Sequence record: NC_054930.1
Length of the DNA: 64,000 nucleotides
Strand: one strand, 5' to 3'
Source: Escherichia phage PP01
Below are positions 41,721 to 56,892 of this stretch, piece after piece. The notes beneath the pieces are model-generated. The model was not told where the DNA came from. It worked only from the letters and a program-made list of their open reading frames with translations, and ran no database searches. Both the position numbers and the translations under genes were made by a program. Within the stretch, counting starts at the first letter, position 1. Every line of letters begins with the position of its first letter.

Positions 41721-41753
41721 TTTAAATTAAAAAAGGGGACCCTAGAGGTCCCC
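41721..41753 (-). terminator. Terminator downstream of gene 32
   Basis: GGGGACC-TCTAG-GGTCCCC hairpin followed by TTTTTAATTT on minus strand. Confidence 0.65.
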
Positions 41754-41775
41754 AATTAATTAGTAATATAATCTA

Positions 41776-42684
41776 TTAAAGGTCATTCAAAAGGTCATCC
41801 AGGTCCGTGTCATCAGCACTAGATGAACTGCTAGAGCTTGAGCTCATAAAATCATCTTCAGTTTTTGTATTGAAGTCATCAACATTGAATGCATCCAAAT
41901 CATCAGCAACTTTATCAGCTTTCTTAGCAGCAGTTGCAGCGGCACCGCCCATCACAGCAGTTCCCATAACTTGACCGAATTTAGTATTCAGTTCTTCAAA
42001 CGATTTGAATTTATCTTTAGAAGTCATTTCAGAAAGGTCAACCATTTGTTCGAACAGTTCTTTCTGGAAAGATTCATCGTCAATGTTTGGAATCGCAGAT
42101 TGATTCAGGAATTTAGATTCATCGTAGTTACTAAATCCGGAAACTTGTTTAACTTTCAGTACAAAGTTAGCACCTTCCCACGGGCAAGTTACATCAACCG
42201 GAGTTTCACCCATTTCGACATCAACCGCAATCATTGCATTGATTTTATCCCAGATTTTCTTACCGAAACGGTATTTAAATACTTTACCTTCGTTTTCTGG
42301 AGCAGCTGGGTCTTTTACTACAAGAATGTTAGCCCAGTAAGAAGTTTTACGTTTAACAAGACCGTACTCTTTATTGTCAGTGTTGTACAGATCATTTTTA
42401 CTGATGTACTGACATACTGGGCAAGAATCGTAATCACCGTGGGTAGATGAACAGTTTTCAATATACCATTTACCATTTTTCTTGAAACCGTGATTTACAA
42501 GAATTGCGAATGGTGCTTGTTCATCATTTTTAGACGGAAGAAAACGAATTACTGCTTGACCGTTACCCGCATTGTCGAGTTTCAGTTTCCACTCGCCTTT
42601 ATCTTCAGAAGAAAAACCACCTTTATTTCCAGCCAGTTTAGCCATTTGTGCAGCGAGTTCAGCAGTAGATTTACGTTTAAACAT
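41776..42684 (-). CDS. 32: Single-stranded DNA-binding protein gp32
   Basis: 302 aa; zinc ligands [10 protein letters not shown]; acidic C-terminus with poly-Ser then [12 protein letters not shown]. Confidence 0.95.
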   Translation of the reverse strand: MFKRKSTAELAAQMAKLAGNKGGFSSEDKGEWKLKLDNAGNGQAVIRFLPSKNDEQAPFAILVNHGFKKNGKWYIENCSSTHGDYDSCPVCQYISKNDLYNTDNKEYGLVKRKTSYWANILVVKDPAAPENEGKVFKYRFGKKIWDKINAMIAVDVEMGETPVDVTCPWEGANFVLKVKQVSGFSNYDESKFLNQSAIPNIDDESFQKELFEQMVDLSEMTSKDKFKSFEELNTKFGQVMGTAVMGGAAATAAKKADKVADDLDAFNVDDFNTKTEDDFMSSSSSSSSSADDTDLDDLLNDL

Positions 42685-42783
42685 TTTTATTTCCTTTTTA
42701 ATTTAATTAACAGTTGGTGCTATGACGATGTATGACCTCATAGCTGGTCAGTGAGATAATTATAATTTATTTATAATAAGCAA

Positions 42784-43437
42784 TTAATACTTACAAGATT
42801 TCACAGTTTCAATAAAAACTTTTTTAGCTTCCTGTGAATCGATATTTAAAATTTTTCTATAAGCTTTTAACTTTATAGAATAATTGTTCCAAACTAAATT
42901 ATCAGTTTGTTCATCATGTTTATCAATTATATTTAAAAATGAATCAAGCAAGATAAACGTTTCAAACGAAATTATGTTCGACTGAAGCAGTTTAAAAATA
43001 TAACTTGATTGAACCTTTGGATTATATTCAAAGATTTCTTTAAAAGCAGAAACTTCAACTTTTTTACTAAAATAATAAATGTTGCGAATATCTTCTTCAA
43101 ACTTAAATTTAATTTGCTTTAAGCGTCCGATATATTCACGATAAAACACAAGTGCATCAGCGTCAGAGATGTCACCAATCCAAGCATCTTGGTTAGCAAC
43201 AAGATTGCTTATAAAGATTAAAGCAAGTTCCTTTAATTTATATTTTTCTGATAACTTCTGGAAAAAATACTTATCCCTTCGCTTTTGATAAGCGGCATCA
43301 GACACCCGCATGCACCAATTATACTTAATTACATCATACTTTCCATTCATATGTTGTTTTATCATTAAGTATAATTTATAAACTGATTTACCATCAATAT
43401 ATCTTTCACCACCAGCAGGCATGCGGAGTTTAATCAT
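42784..43437 (-). CDS. 59: Helicase loader gp59
   Basis: 217 aa as in T4 gp59; synteny. Confidence 0.85.
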   Translation of the reverse strand: MIKLRMPAGGERYIDGKSVYKLYLMIKQHMNGKYDVIKYNWCMRVSDAAYQKRRDKYFFQKLSEKYKLKELALIFISNLVANQDAWIGDISDADALVFYREYIGRLKQIKFKFEEDIRNIYYFSKKVEVSAFKEIFEYNPKVQSSYIFKLLQSNIISFETFILLDSFLNIIDKHDEQTDNLVWNNYSIKLKAYRKILNIDSQEAKKVFIETVKSCKY

Positions 43438-43447
43438 AGTAGAAAAT

Positions 43448-43771
43448 CTAATGTATTAGTTTTTCACAACGAACAACAGAAGGACGTAAAAGATTTTCGT
43501 CAATGGCTTCTGACTGAATTTTTTCAATTATACCCGAAGGAATAAATTTAGCAAATTGAGTTTCAGGAATAGAATTTTCTTCTAAGAATGCTGTTGTAGC
43601 TTCAAGATAACTCATTCCAAACTCTTCTACCATTTTTTCAATAATAAATCCATTTTCTTGGCGGTCAAGAAGCTTTGCTATTTCATCCTTTTCTTTCTTA
43701 ATTGAAAGTTCTTTTTCTGAAAGACCGGTCTCATCGACCGGACGAATATCATTTAGAGAAAACTGTGTCAT
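43448..43771 (-). CDS. 33: Late transcription co-activator gp33
   Basis: About 107 aa from ATG 43771 (the track start at 43780 is a TTG); synteny 59-33-dsbA. Confidence 0.7.
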   Translation of the reverse strand: MTQFSLNDIRPVDETGLSEKELSIKKEKDEIAKLLDRQENGFIIEKMVEEFGMSYLEATTAFLEENSIPETQFAKFIPSGIIEKIQSEAIDENLLRPSVVRCEKLIH

Positions 43772-44018
43772 AAAGTTCAACTACCTCTTCAGTTTCAGCT
43801 TCAAACACATCACGGTTATCTTTATGATACAAAGCTAATAGACGATTAAACATCTTACCATCAACGCCAAGTTCATCTTTGGCACGAATTCGAATATCTT
43901 TAATCAGTTCATTATAACCGGAAATTTTCAGTTTATGATCAGATGCTTCTTTAATAAATTTAGCCAAGTCTTCGCCATGGATAGCTTCATCAAATTCAAC
44001 CATTTCTTTTTTAGCCAT
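43749..44018 (-). CDS. dsbA: dsDNA-binding late transcription enhancer DsbA
   Basis: 89 aa as in T4 DsbA; synteny. Confidence 0.7.
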   Translation of the reverse strand: MAKKEMVEFDEAIHGEDLAKFIKEASDHKLKISGYNELIKDIRIRAKDELGVDGKMFNRLLALYHKDNRDVFEAETEEVVELYDTVFSK

Positions 44019-44026
44019 TATTCACC

Positions 44027-44944
44027 TCAAAATTCATTAATGCTATTAGTTAATTTAGAAAGACCCGCTTTTACAAAATATGAATAAATTTTGCCACGCG
44101 GTGGTAATTTATATGAATTATAGTAATTCACAATGTTTGAAGCAATATTATCAGGAATATAATCAAAATCAATTAGAACTAAATTTTCTTTATAACGATT
44201 ATATTCAGATTCTGTGAGAAGCACCTTAGCTTGCTCACGGTCATTAGCAATAGCTTCAACGATTGAAGTTTTCATTGAAGGAGTTCGTTCACCTTCAACT
44301 CTGGTAAACCAAAAGTCAGATCGTACTTTAACTGAAGCAACGTTATCCTTTTTGTCGCCTTTAAGGATTTTAGTCATACAGTCAATTTCAGCAGAACCAC
44401 TTTTAATTTTAACCCATTTCTTATGCATCGGAGACCATTGCTTAACATTTGGGTATTTGTGAAGTTGAGTAAAGTCACCATCCGATGAAATGATTAAAAT
44501 CTTATGTCCTTCTAAAGAGAACTTTTTAACAAGAACAGCAATGTGGTCATCTGCTTCATACTTATCAATATCCATAACAATGTATGGCATATAAGCTTTC
44601 AATTCATCTATAACTTTATGACTGGATTCAAAATAACCTTCCCAGTCCCAAGTAGATTCTTCTCGTGCTTTTCCACGGTTTTTCTTATAATAATAAGCGA
44701 AATCACGACGCCAGTATCCAGATTTCGCGTTATCAATACACAGTACAATTTTAGTGTATCCAAGCGTTTTTGCTTTTTTGACATTAAACTTAATTGAGTT
44801 CAATATCAAATGACGAACCATTGATAAATTAATTTTTTCTTTATCTGGGAAGTTTACAAGAGCAGTTGAAAGCGCAATTTGACTAAAGTCAATAAAGCAA
44901 ATTCCTTCTTTATAGTCTTCATCTAGCATCATTTCTAAATCCAT
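44027..44944 (-). CDS. rnh: RNase H (5'-3' exonuclease/flap endonuclease)
   Basis: 305 aa from ATG 44944 (N-terminus MDLEMMLDEDYKEG); the longer track start is probably an upstream extension. Confidence 0.85.
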   Translation of the reverse strand: MDLEMMLDEDYKEGICFIDFSQIALSTALVNFPDKEKINLSMVRHLILNSIKFNVKKAKTLGYTKIVLCIDNAKSGYWRRDFAYYYKKNRGKAREESTWDWEGYFESSHKVIDELKAYMPYIVMDIDKYEADDHIAVLVKKFSLEGHKILIISSDGDFTQLHKYPNVKQWSPMHKKWVKIKSGSAEIDCMTKILKGDKKDNVASVKVRSDFWFTRVEGERTPSMKTSIVEAIANDREQAKVLLTESEYNRYKENLVLIDFDYIPDNIASNIVNYYNSYKLPPRGKIYSYFVKAGLSKLTNSINEF

Positions 44945-45006
44945 ATGAACCTCGTTCAATTAGTGAGATTTCTATTATATACCATCCAAATCTTAAAGTA
45001 AACAAG

Positions 45007-45014
45007 TATAAATA
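45007..45014 (+). promoter_or_regulatory. Late promoter (TATAAATA) for gene 34
   Basis: Exact TATAAATA about 35 nt upstream of the gene 34 ATG. Confidence 0.6.
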
Positions 45015-45048
45015 CTTATTATTGAAAACACAATAGGAGCCCGGGAGA

Positions 45049-48000
45049 ATGGCCGAGATTAAAAGAAAGTTCAGAGCAGAAGATGGTCTGGACGCAGGTG
45101 GTGATAAAATAATCAACGTAGCTTTAGCTGATCGTGCCGTAGGAACTGACGGCGTTAACGTTGATTACTTAATTCAAGAAAACACAGTTCAACAATATGA
45201 TCCAACTCGTGGATATTTAAAAGATTTTGTAATCATTTATGATAACCGCTTTTGGGCTGCTATAAATGATATTCCAAAACCAGCAGGAGCTTTTAATAGC
45301 GTACGATGGAGAGCGTTACGTACTCATGCAAACTGGACAGCTGTTTCATCAGGACCTTATCAATTAAAATCAGGCGAATCAATTTCAGTTGATACTGCAG
45401 CTGGTAATGACATTACATTTACTTTACCATCTACCCCAATTGACGGTGATACTATCGTTCTCCAAGATATTGGAGGAAAACCTGGAGTTAATCAAGTTTT
45501 AATTACAGCTCCGGTACAAAGCATTGTAAATTTTAGAGGTCAGCAAGTACGATCAGTACTAATGACTCATCCAAAATCACAGATAGTTTTAATTTTTAGT
45601 AATCGTCTGTGGCAAATGTATGTCGCTGATTATAGTAGAGAAGCTGTAGTTGTAACGCCTGCGAGTCTCTATCAGGCGCAATCAAACGATTTTATCGTAC
45701 GTAGATTTACTTCTGCTTCAGCAATTAATATTAAACTTCCAAGATTTGCTAATCATGGCGATATTATTAATTTCGTTGATTTGGATAAATTAAATCCTCT
45801 TTATCACACAATTGTTACTACATATGATGAAACAACTTCAGTACAAGAAGTTGGAACTCATTCCATTGAAGGCCGTACATCGATTGACGGTTTCTTGATG
45901 TTTGATGATAATGAGAAATTGTGGAGATTGTTTGACGGGGATAGTAAAGCACGTTTACGCATTATAACAACTAATTCTAATATTCGTCCAAATGAAGAAG
46001 TCATGGTATTTGGCGCGAATAATGGAACAACCCAAACAATTGAACTTCAGCTTCCGACTGATATTTCTGTTGGTGATACTGTCAAAATTTCCATGAATTA
46101 CATGAGAAAAGGACAAACAGTTAAAATCAAAGCTGCAGGTGAAGATAAAATTGCTTCTTCAGTTCAATTGTTGCAATTCCCAAAACGCTCAGAATATCCG
46201 CCTGAAGCTGAATGGGTAACAGTTCAAGAATTAGTTTTTAACGGTGAAACTAATTATGTTCCAGTTTTGGAGCTTGCTTATATAGAAGATTCTGATGGAA
46301 AATACTGGGTTGTACAACAAAACGTTCCAACTGTAGAAAGAGTAGATTCTTTAAATGATTCTACTAGAGCAAGATTAGGCGTAATTGCTTTAGCTACACA
46401 AGCTCAAGCTAATGCTGATTTAGAAAATTCTCCACAAAAAGAATTGGCAATTACTCCAGAAACGTTAGCTAACCGTACTGCTACTGAAACTCGCAGAGGT
46501 ATCGCAAGAATAGCAACAACTGCTCAAGTTAACCAGGATACTACATTCTCTTTTGCTGATGATATTATCATCACTCCTAAAAAGCTGAATGAAAGAACAG
46601 CTACTGAAACTCGCAGAGGTGTTGCTGAAATTGCTACGCAGCAAGAAACTAATGCAGGAACCGATGATACTACAATCATCACTCCTAAAAAGCTTCAAGC
46701 TCGTCAAGGTTCTGAATCATTATCTGGTATTGTAACCTTTGTATCTACTGCAGGTGCTACTCCAGCTTCTAGCCGTGAATTAAATGGTACGAATGTTTAT
46801 AATAAAAACACTGATAATTTAGTTGTTTCACCTAAAGCTTTGGATCAGTATAAAGCTACTCCAACACAACAAGGTGCGGTAATTTTAGCAGTTGAAAGTG
46901 AAGTAATTGCTGGACAAAGTCAGGAAGGATGGGCAAATGCTGTTGTAACGCCAGAAACGTTACATAAAAAGACATCAACTGATGGAAGAATTGGTTTAAT
47001 TGAAATTGCTACGCAAAGTGAAGTTAATACAGGAACTGATTATACTCGTGCAGTCACTCCTAAAACTTTAAATGACCGTAGAGCAACTGAAAGTTTAAGT
47101 GGTATAGCTGAAATTGCTACACAAGTTGAATTCGACGCAGGCGTCGACGATACTCGTATCTCTACGCCATTAAAAATTAAAACCAGATTTAATAGTACTG
47201 ATCGTACTTCTGTTGTTGCTCTATCTGGATTAGTTGAATCAGGAACTCTCTGGGACCATTATACCCTTAATATTCTTGAAGCAAATGAGACACAGCGTGG
47301 TACACTTCGTGTGGCTACACAAGTTGAAGCTGCTGCAGGAACATTGGATAATGTTCTAATAACTCCTAAAAAGCTTTTAGGTACTAAATCTACTGAAGCA
47401 CAGGAAGGTGTTATTAAAGTTGCAACTCAGTCTGAAACTGTGGCTGGAACGTCAGCAAATACTGCTGTATCTCCAAAAAATTTAAAATGGATTGTGCAGA
47501 GTGAACCAACTTGGGCAGCAACTACTCTGATAAGAGGGTTTGTTAAAACTTCATCTGGTTCAATTACATTCGTTGGTAATGATACCGTTGGTTCAACGCA
47601 GTCATTAGAATTATACGAGAAAAATAGTTATGCAGTATCGCCATACGAATTAAACCGTGTATTAGCAAATTATTTGCCGTTAAAAGCAAAAGCTGTAGAT
47701 AGTAATTTACTGGATGGTCTAGATTCATCTCAGTTCATTCGTAGGGATATTGCACAAACGGTTAATGGTTCACTAACCTTAACACAACAAACGAATCTGA
47801 GTGCCCCTCTTGTATCATCTAGTACTGCTACATTCGGTGGATCAGTTTCAGCAAATAGTACATTAACTATTTCTAATACTGGAACGGCAACTCGTCTGAT
47901 TTTTGAGAAAGGACCTCAAACTGGAACAAACCCGGCTCAAACGATGACAGTCAGAGTGTGGGGAAATCAATTTAGCGGGGAATCAGACACAACACGTTCT

Positions 48001-48918
48001 ACCGTATTTGAAGTTAGTGATGAAACGTCTAGTCATTTTTATTCTCAGCGTAATAAAGCTGGAAATATAACATTTAATATCAACGGTACAGTAACACCGA
48101 TAAATGTTAATGCTTCAGGAACATTGAATGCAAATGGTGTAGCAACATTTGGTAATTCAGTCACTGCAACTGGTGAAATTATTTCTCGAAGCGCAAATGC
48201 TTTCCGTGCTATTAACGGAAATTATGGTTTCATTGTTCGCAATGATGGATCAGTAACGAATTTTATGCTTACTGCATCGGGTGATCAGACTGGTGGATTT
48301 AATGGATTACGTCCTTTAGCTATTAATAATGCATCTGGCCAAGTAACGATTGGTGAAAGCTTAATCATTGCCAAAGGTGCTACTATAAATTCAGGCGGTT
48401 TGACTGTTAACTCGAGAATTCGTTCTCAGGGCACTAAAACATCTGATTTATACACCCGCGCTCCAACATCTGATACTGTAGGATTCTGGTCAATTGATAT
48501 TAACGATTCAGCCACTTATAACCAGTTCCCGGGTTATTTTAAAATGGTTGAAAAAACTAATGAAGTGACTGGGCTTCCATACTTAGAACGTGGCGAAGAA
48601 GTTAAATCTCCTGGTACATTGACTCAGTTTGGTAACACACTTGATTCGCTTTACCAAGATTGGATTACTTATCCAACGACCCCAGAAGCACGTACCACTC
48701 GCTGGACGCGTACATGGCAGAAAACTAAAAATTCTTGGTCAAGTTTTGTTCAGGTATTTGATGGAGGTAACCCTCCTCAACCTTCGGATATAGGAGCAAT
48801 CCCATCTGATAATGGAATAATAGGTAATCTTACTATTCGTGATTTCTTACGAATTGGTAATGTTCGCATTATTCCTGACCCAGTGAATAAAACTGTTAAA
48901 TTTGAATGGGTTGAATAA
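45049..48918 (+). CDS. 34: Long tail fibre proximal subunit gp34
   Basis: 1289 aa as in T4 gp34; repeated TPKKL/ATQ motifs. Confidence 0.9.
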   Translation: MAEIKRKFRAEDGLDAGGDKIINVALADRAVGTDGVNVDYLIQENTVQQYDPTRGYLKDFVIIYDNRFWAAINDIPKPAGAFNSVRWRALRTHANWTAVSSGPYQLKSGESISVDTAAGNDITFTLPSTPIDGDTIVLQDIGGKPGVNQVLITAPVQSIVNFRGQQVRSVLMTHPKSQIVLIFSNRLWQMYVADYSREAVVVTPASLYQAQSNDFIVRRFTSASAINIKLPRFANHGDIINFVDLDKLNPLYHTIVTTYDETTSVQEVGTHSIEGRTSIDGFLMFDDNEKLWRLFDGDSKARLRIITTNSNIRPNEEVMVFGANNGTTQTIELQLPTDISVGDTVKISMNYMRKGQTVKIKAAGEDKIASSVQLLQFPKRSEYPPEAEWVTVQELVFNGETNYVPVLELAYIEDSDGKYWVVQQNVPTVERVDSLNDSTRARLGVIALATQAQANADLENSPQKELAITPETLANRTATETRRGIARIATTAQVNQDTTFSFADDIIITPKKLNERTATETRRGVAEIATQQETNAGTDDTTIITPKKLQARQGSESLSGIVTFVSTAGATPASSRELNGTNVYNKNTDNLVVSPKALDQYKATPTQQGAVILAVESEVIAGQSQEGWANAVVTPETLHKKTSTDGRIGLIEIATQSEVNTGTDYTRAVTPKTLNDRRATESLSGIAEIATQVEFDAGVDDTRISTPLKIKTRFNSTDRTSVVALSGLVESGTLWDHYTLNILEANETQRGTLRVATQVEAAAGTLDNVLITPKKLLGTKSTEAQEGVIKVATQSETVAGTSANTAVSPKNLKWIVQSEPTWAATTLIRGFVKTSSGSITFVGNDTVGSTQSLELYEKNSYAVSPYELNRVLANYLPLKAKAVDSNLLDGLDSSQFIRRDIAQTVNGSLTLTQQTNLSAPLVSSSTATFGGSVSANSTLTISNTGTATRLIFEKGPQTGTNPAQTMTVRVWGNQFSGESDTTRSTVFEVSDETSSHFYSQRNKAGNITFNINGTVTPINVNASGTLNANGVATFGNSVTATGEIISRSANAFRAINGNYGFIVRNDGSVTNFMLTASGDQTGGFNGLRPLAINNASGQVTIGESLIIAKGATINSGGLTVNSRIRSQGTKTSDLYTRAPTSDTVGFWSIDINDSATYNQFPGYFKMVEKTNEVTGLPYLERGEEVKSPGTLTQFGNTLDSLYQDWITYPTTPEARTTRWTRTWQKTKNSWSSFVQVFDGGNPPQPSDIGAIPSDNGIIGNLTIRDFLRIGNVRIIPDPVNKTVKFEWVE

Positions 48919-48926
48919 GAGGTATT

Positions 48927-50042
48927 ATGGAAAAATTTATGGCAGAGTTTGGACAAGGATATGTCCAAACGCCATTTTTATCGGAAAGCAATTCAGTAAG
49001 ATACAAAATAAGCATAGCGGGTTCTTGCCCGCTTTCTACAGCAGGACCATACGTTAAATTTCAGGATAATCCTGTAGGAAGTCAAACATTTAGCGCAGGC
49101 CTTCATTTAAGAGTTTTTGACCCTTCCACGGGAGCATTAGTTGATAGTAAGTCATATGCTTTTTCGACTTCAAATGATACAACATCTGCCGCTTTTGTTA
49201 GCTTCATGAATTCTTTGACGAATAATCGAATTGTTGCTATATTAACTAACGGAAAGGTTAATTTTCCTCCTGAAGTAGTATCTTGGTTAAGAACCGCAGG
49301 AACGTCTGCTTTTCCATCTGATTCTATATTGTCAAGATTTGACGTATCATATGCTGCTTTTTACACTTCTTCTAAAAGAGCTATCGCATTAGAGCATGTT
49401 AAACTGAGTAATAGAAAAAGCACAGATGATTATCAAACTATTTTAGATGTTGTATTTGACAGTTTAGAAGATGTTGGAGCTACCGGGTTTCCAAGAAGAA
49501 CGTATGAAAGTGTTGAGCAATTCATGTCAGCGGTTGGTGGAACTAATAACGAAATTGCACGTTTACCAACTTCATCCGCGATAAGTAAACTCTCTGATTA
49601 TAATTTAATTCCTGGCGATGTTCTTTATCTTAAAGCGCAGTTATATGCTGATGCAGATTTACTTGCGCTTGGAACTACAAATATATCTATCCGTTTTTAT
49701 GATGAATTGAATGGATATATTTCTTCAACACACGCTGAGTTTACTGGACAAGCTGGGTCATGGGAATTAAAGGAAGATTATGTAGTTATTCCAGAAAATG
49801 CAGTAGGATTTACGATATATGCACAAAGAACTGCTCAAGCTGGTCAAGGTGGCATGAGGAATTTAAGCTTTTCGGAAGTGTCAAGAAATGGAAGTATTTC
49901 GAAACCTGCTGAATTTGGCGTCAATGGTATTCGAGTTAATTATGTCTGTGAATCTGCTTCACCTCCAGATATAATGGTACTTCCTACACAAGCATCGTCT
50001 AAAACTGGTAAAGTGTTTGGACAAGAATTTAGAGAAGTTTAA
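48927..50042 (+). CDS. 35: Long tail fibre hinge protein gp35
   Basis: 371 aa; synteny. Confidence 0.85.
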   Translation: MEKFMAEFGQGYVQTPFLSESNSVRYKISIAGSCPLSTAGPYVKFQDNPVGSQTFSAGLHLRVFDPSTGALVDSKSYAFSTSNDTTSAAFVSFMNSLTNNRIVAILTNGKVNFPPEVVSWLRTAGTSAFPSDSILSRFDVSYAAFYTSSKRAIALEHVKLSNRKSTDDYQTILDVVFDSLEDVGATGFPRRTYESVEQFMSAVGGTNNEIARLPTSSAISKLSDYNLIPGDVLYLKAQLYADADLLALGTTNISIRFYDELNGYISSTHAEFTGQAGSWELKEDYVVIPENAVGFTIYAQRTAQAGQGGMRNLSFSEVSRNGSISKPAEFGVNGIRVNYVCESASPPDIMVLPTQASSKTGKVFGQEFREV

Positions 50043-50047
50043 ATTGA

Positions 50048-50071
50048 GGGAGCCTTCGGGTTCCCTTTTTC
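50048..50071 (+). terminator. Terminator after gene 35
   Basis: GGGAGCC-TTCG-GGTTCCC hairpin followed by TTTTT. Confidence 0.55.
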
Positions 50072-50073
50072 TT

Positions 50074-50081
50074 TATAAATA
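50074..50081 (+). promoter_or_regulatory. Late promoter (TATAAATA) for gene 36
   Basis: Exact TATAAATA 24 nt upstream of the gene 36 ATG. Confidence 0.6.
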
Positions 50082-50104
50082 CTATTAAAATAAAGGGGCA
50101 TACA

Positions 50105-50761
50105 ATGGCTGATTTAAAAGTAGGTTCAACAACTGGAGGCTCTGTCATTTGGCATCAAGGAAATTTTCCATTGAATCCAGCCGGTGACGATGTACTCTAT
50201 AAATCATATAAAATATATTCAGAATATAATAAGCCACAAGCTGTTGATAACGATTTCGTTTCTAAAGCTAATGGTGGTACTTATTTAAATAAAGTAATTT
50301 TTAATAAAGGAATGACTGTTCCTGGCGCAGGGTCAGGCGATAACGGTATTTTTGCTGGTCCTGGTGATAGTGCCACGTATGATACTACAAATATGGATAT
50401 TGTTTCGTGGTATGGTATTGGTTTTAAATCATCACAGGGTTCAGCGGGTAGAACTGTAGTAATTAACACGCGAAATGGAGATATTAGCTCAAAGGGTGTA
50501 ATTGAAGCATCACAAATACGCGCAACTTCATTATCTCCAGTAAATAATTATGACCTTACACGGAAAGATTATGTTGATGGAGCAATAAATATTGTTACAG
50601 CAAACGCAAACTCTAGGGTATTACGCTCTGGAGACACTATGACAGGAAATTTAACTGCGCCAAACCTTTTTTCACAGAATCCTGCATCTCAACCCTCACA
50701 TGTTCCACGATTTGATCAAATTGTTATTAAGGATTCTGTTCAAGATTTCGGCTATTATTAA
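50105..50761 (+). CDS. 36: Long tail fibre distal connector gp36
   Basis: 218 aa; synteny. Confidence 0.85.
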   Translation: MADLKVGSTTGGSVIWHQGNFPLNPAGDDVLYKSYKIYSEYNKPQAVDNDFVSKANGGTYLNKVIFNKGMTVPGAGSGDNGIFAGPGDSATYDTTNMDIVSWYGIGFKSSQGSAGRTVVINTRNGDISSKGVIEASQIRATSLSPVNNYDLTRKDYVDGAINIVTANANSRVLRSGDTMTGNLTAPNLFSQNPASQPSHVPRFDQIVIKDSVQDFGYY

Positions 50762-50769
50762 GAGGACTT

Positions 50770-54910
<4,141 letters not shown>

Positions 54911-54940
54911 TTTGAATAAATATCCTTAAAAGGAGGGTCT

Positions 54941-55597
54941 ATGGCAGCACCTAGAATATCATTTTCGCCCTCTGATATTCTGTTGGGTGTTCTAGATCGC
55001 TTGTTCAAAGATAACGCTACCGGGAAGGTTCTTGCTTCCCGGGTAGCTGTCGTAATTCTTTTGTTTATAATGGCGATTGTTTGGTATAGGGGAGATAGTT
55101 TCTTTGAGTACTATAAGCAATCAAAGTATGAAACATACAGTGAAATTATTGAAAAGGAAAGAAATGCACGCTTTGAATCTGTCGCCCTGGAACAACTCCA
55201 GATAGTTCATATATCATCTGAGGCAGACTTTAGTGCGGTATATTCTTTCCGCCCTAAAAACTTAAACTATTTTGTTGATATTATAGCATATGAAGGAAAA
55301 TTACCTTCAACAATAAGCGAAAAATCACTTGGAGGATATCCTGTTGATAAAACTATGGATGAATATACAGTTCATTTAAATGGACGTCATTATTATTCCG
55401 ACTCAAAATTTGCTTTTTTACCAACTAAAAAGCCTACTCCCGAAATAAACTACATGTACAGTTGTCCATATTTCAATTTGGATAATATCTATGCTGGAAC
55501 AATAACTATGTACTGGTATAGAAATGATCATATAAGTAATGACCGCCTTGAATCAATATGTGCTCAGGCGGCCAGAATATTAGGAAGGGCTAAATAA
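54941..55597 (+). CDS. t: Holin T
   Basis: 218 aa as in T4 T; single N-terminal TM segment VAVVILLFIMAIVWY; SD AAGGAGGG. Confidence 0.85.
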   Translation: MAAPRISFSPSDILLGVLDRLFKDNATGKVLASRVAVVILLFIMAIVWYRGDSFFEYYKQSKYETYSEIIEKERNARFESVALEQLQIVHISSEADFSAVYSFRPKNLNYFVDIIAYEGKLPSTISEKSLGGYPVDKTMDEYTVHLNGRHYYSDSKFAFLPTKKPTPEINYMYSCPYFNLDNIYAGTITMYWYRNDHISNDRLESICAQAARILGRAK

Positions 55598-55870
55598 TTA
55601 TTTGTTCGTATACATCTCTAGATATCGATATACACCCTCAAAACCCTCGTTGAATTCGTCGATGAGGGTTTTCTTATCTTCTTGAGTTAATTCAGAAACA
55701 ATTTTACGGAATGAATTCTGATTTAATTTTCTACCTTCATGCGTTACTCCAATCTCATTCAGAAATGCAATAAAATTAGCACGATTTTCAACAATATCTT
55801 CTCTGGAAAATTTAATCAAAATAGACGCAACAGTAATAATTTCACGAACTGTATCAATATTTTTATTCAT
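55598..55870 (-). CDS. asiA: Anti-sigma70 factor AsiA
   Basis: 90 aa; sequence MNKNIDTVREIITVASILIKF... matches T4 AsiA as I recall it. Confidence 0.85.
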   Translation of the reverse strand: MNKNIDTVREIITVASILIKFSREDIVENRANFIAFLNEIGVTHEGRKLNQNSFRKIVSELTQEDKKTLIDEFNEGFEGVYRYLEMYTNK

Positions 55871-55882
55871 TAACTATACCAC

Positions 55883-56035
55883 TCAATTAGTTGACTTTAT
55901 TATAGTATCATCAGACGCTTGATTTGTAAACTGGTCTGTGTTATTTTCTTCAAAAATTTTTTCTACGAATTCCTTGAACGACTTACGTTCCTGAGCTACA
56001 TTATGCTCGATTACCTTTTCAAGATTATGACTCAT
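55883..56035 (-). CDS. Small hypothetical protein, 50 aa (not in ORF track)
   Basis: ATG overlaps the stop of the upstream ORF (ATGA). Confidence 0.4.
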   Translation of the reverse strand: MSHNLEKVIEHNVAQERKSFKEFVEKIFEENNTDQFTNQASDDTIIKSTN

Positions 56036-56310
56036 TCGAAATAATCTTCAATTTCATAATCATGGACATAAATCATTATAGTTTTTAATACATCATCAAT
56101 ACTTTTTCCTGGAGCTGGAATTACGTAAAAATACCCTGCTTTTGAGAGGTCTTTATAAGTTCCAATCAAGAAATCATTATTCTCAAGATGTAGTTCTTCA
56201 ACTAATTCATTAACAATTGAGTGGTATAAATTTGGTAGAAACTTATATAGCTTTTCTAGAATATCAATTTTGATTGTGTATTGAACCACGGACTGAGAAT
56301 CAATAATCAT
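56032..56310 (-). CDS. arn: Probable Arn (anti-restriction, DNA-mimic inhibitor of McrBC)
   Basis: 92 aa, strongly acidic with no Arg; position between asiA and motA as in T4. Confidence 0.55.
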   Translation of the reverse strand: MIIDSQSVVQYTIKIDILEKLYKFLPNLYHSIVNELVEELHLENNDFLIGTYKDLSKAGYFYVIPAPGKSIDDVLKTIMIYVHDYEIEDYFE

Positions 56311-56393
56311 AGACCTTCCCCTTATGTTTCTGTTTGCGATTAGATTCTTTAAACGCTTTCTTCTTATCCTTATGAACAGAAGCTTTATTAAAA

Positions 56394-56612
56394 TTATGTT
56401 TTGCGACTAAATTGTTCATAATGCTGAATTACCTCTCTTAAACATTTGCATGTGAATGAAAACTTTTTAGCTACACCACATTCAAATATATGTTCTCTTA
56501 AATCGTTTGTATCGGTATATCCCATCTCAACAATAAAATGCCGTATTAGATTTTTATCTTTATCATTGAGAGAATTAAAATAATCAGATTTTGAATTAAT
56601 TTCCCTGGCCAA
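56394..56612 (-). CDS. Hypothetical protein
   Basis: 72-aa ORF; probable TTG start with GAAGGTGA SD. Confidence 0.4.
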   Translation of the reverse strand: MAREINSKSDYFNSLNDKDKNLIRHFIVEMGYTDTNDLREHIFECGVAKKFSFTCKCLREVIQHYEQFSRKT

Positions 56613-56892
56613 ATTGAATCACCTTCAGTTGACGTTTTAGCTCTTTTATCATCTCTTCGTTCATCGCAATATAAAGATCGCGTAAAGCAGGTTTTAGCAT
56701 TCCATTTACTGGAGAACTAAATGGACATACATAATCTTTTCCTACAAGCTTTTTGGCGAATTCCATATCGCAGAACTTAAATCCCGGCTCATTGGTATAA
56801 ATTCCCCAATTAGTTGACATCATTTTATTGGCATATTCTAGTGCCTGGATTTGATTAGTAATTCCATCAATTTGAAACTTTTTAATATTCAT
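56596..56892 (-). CDS. Hypothetical protein
   Basis: 98-aa ORF with ATG start. Confidence 0.5.
   Translation of the reverse strand: MNIKKFQIDGITNQIQALEYANKMMSTNWGIYTNEPGFKFCDMEFAKKLVGKDYVCPFSSPVNGMLKPALRDLYIAMNEEMIKELKRQLKVIQFGQGN

Noticed and set aside
41821-41845. Poly-serine tract in gp32 as a simple-sequence repeat
   Set aside because: The eight serines use mixed codons (agc, tca, tct, agt), so this is not a slippage-prone DNA repeat; a similar tract occurs in T4 gp32.
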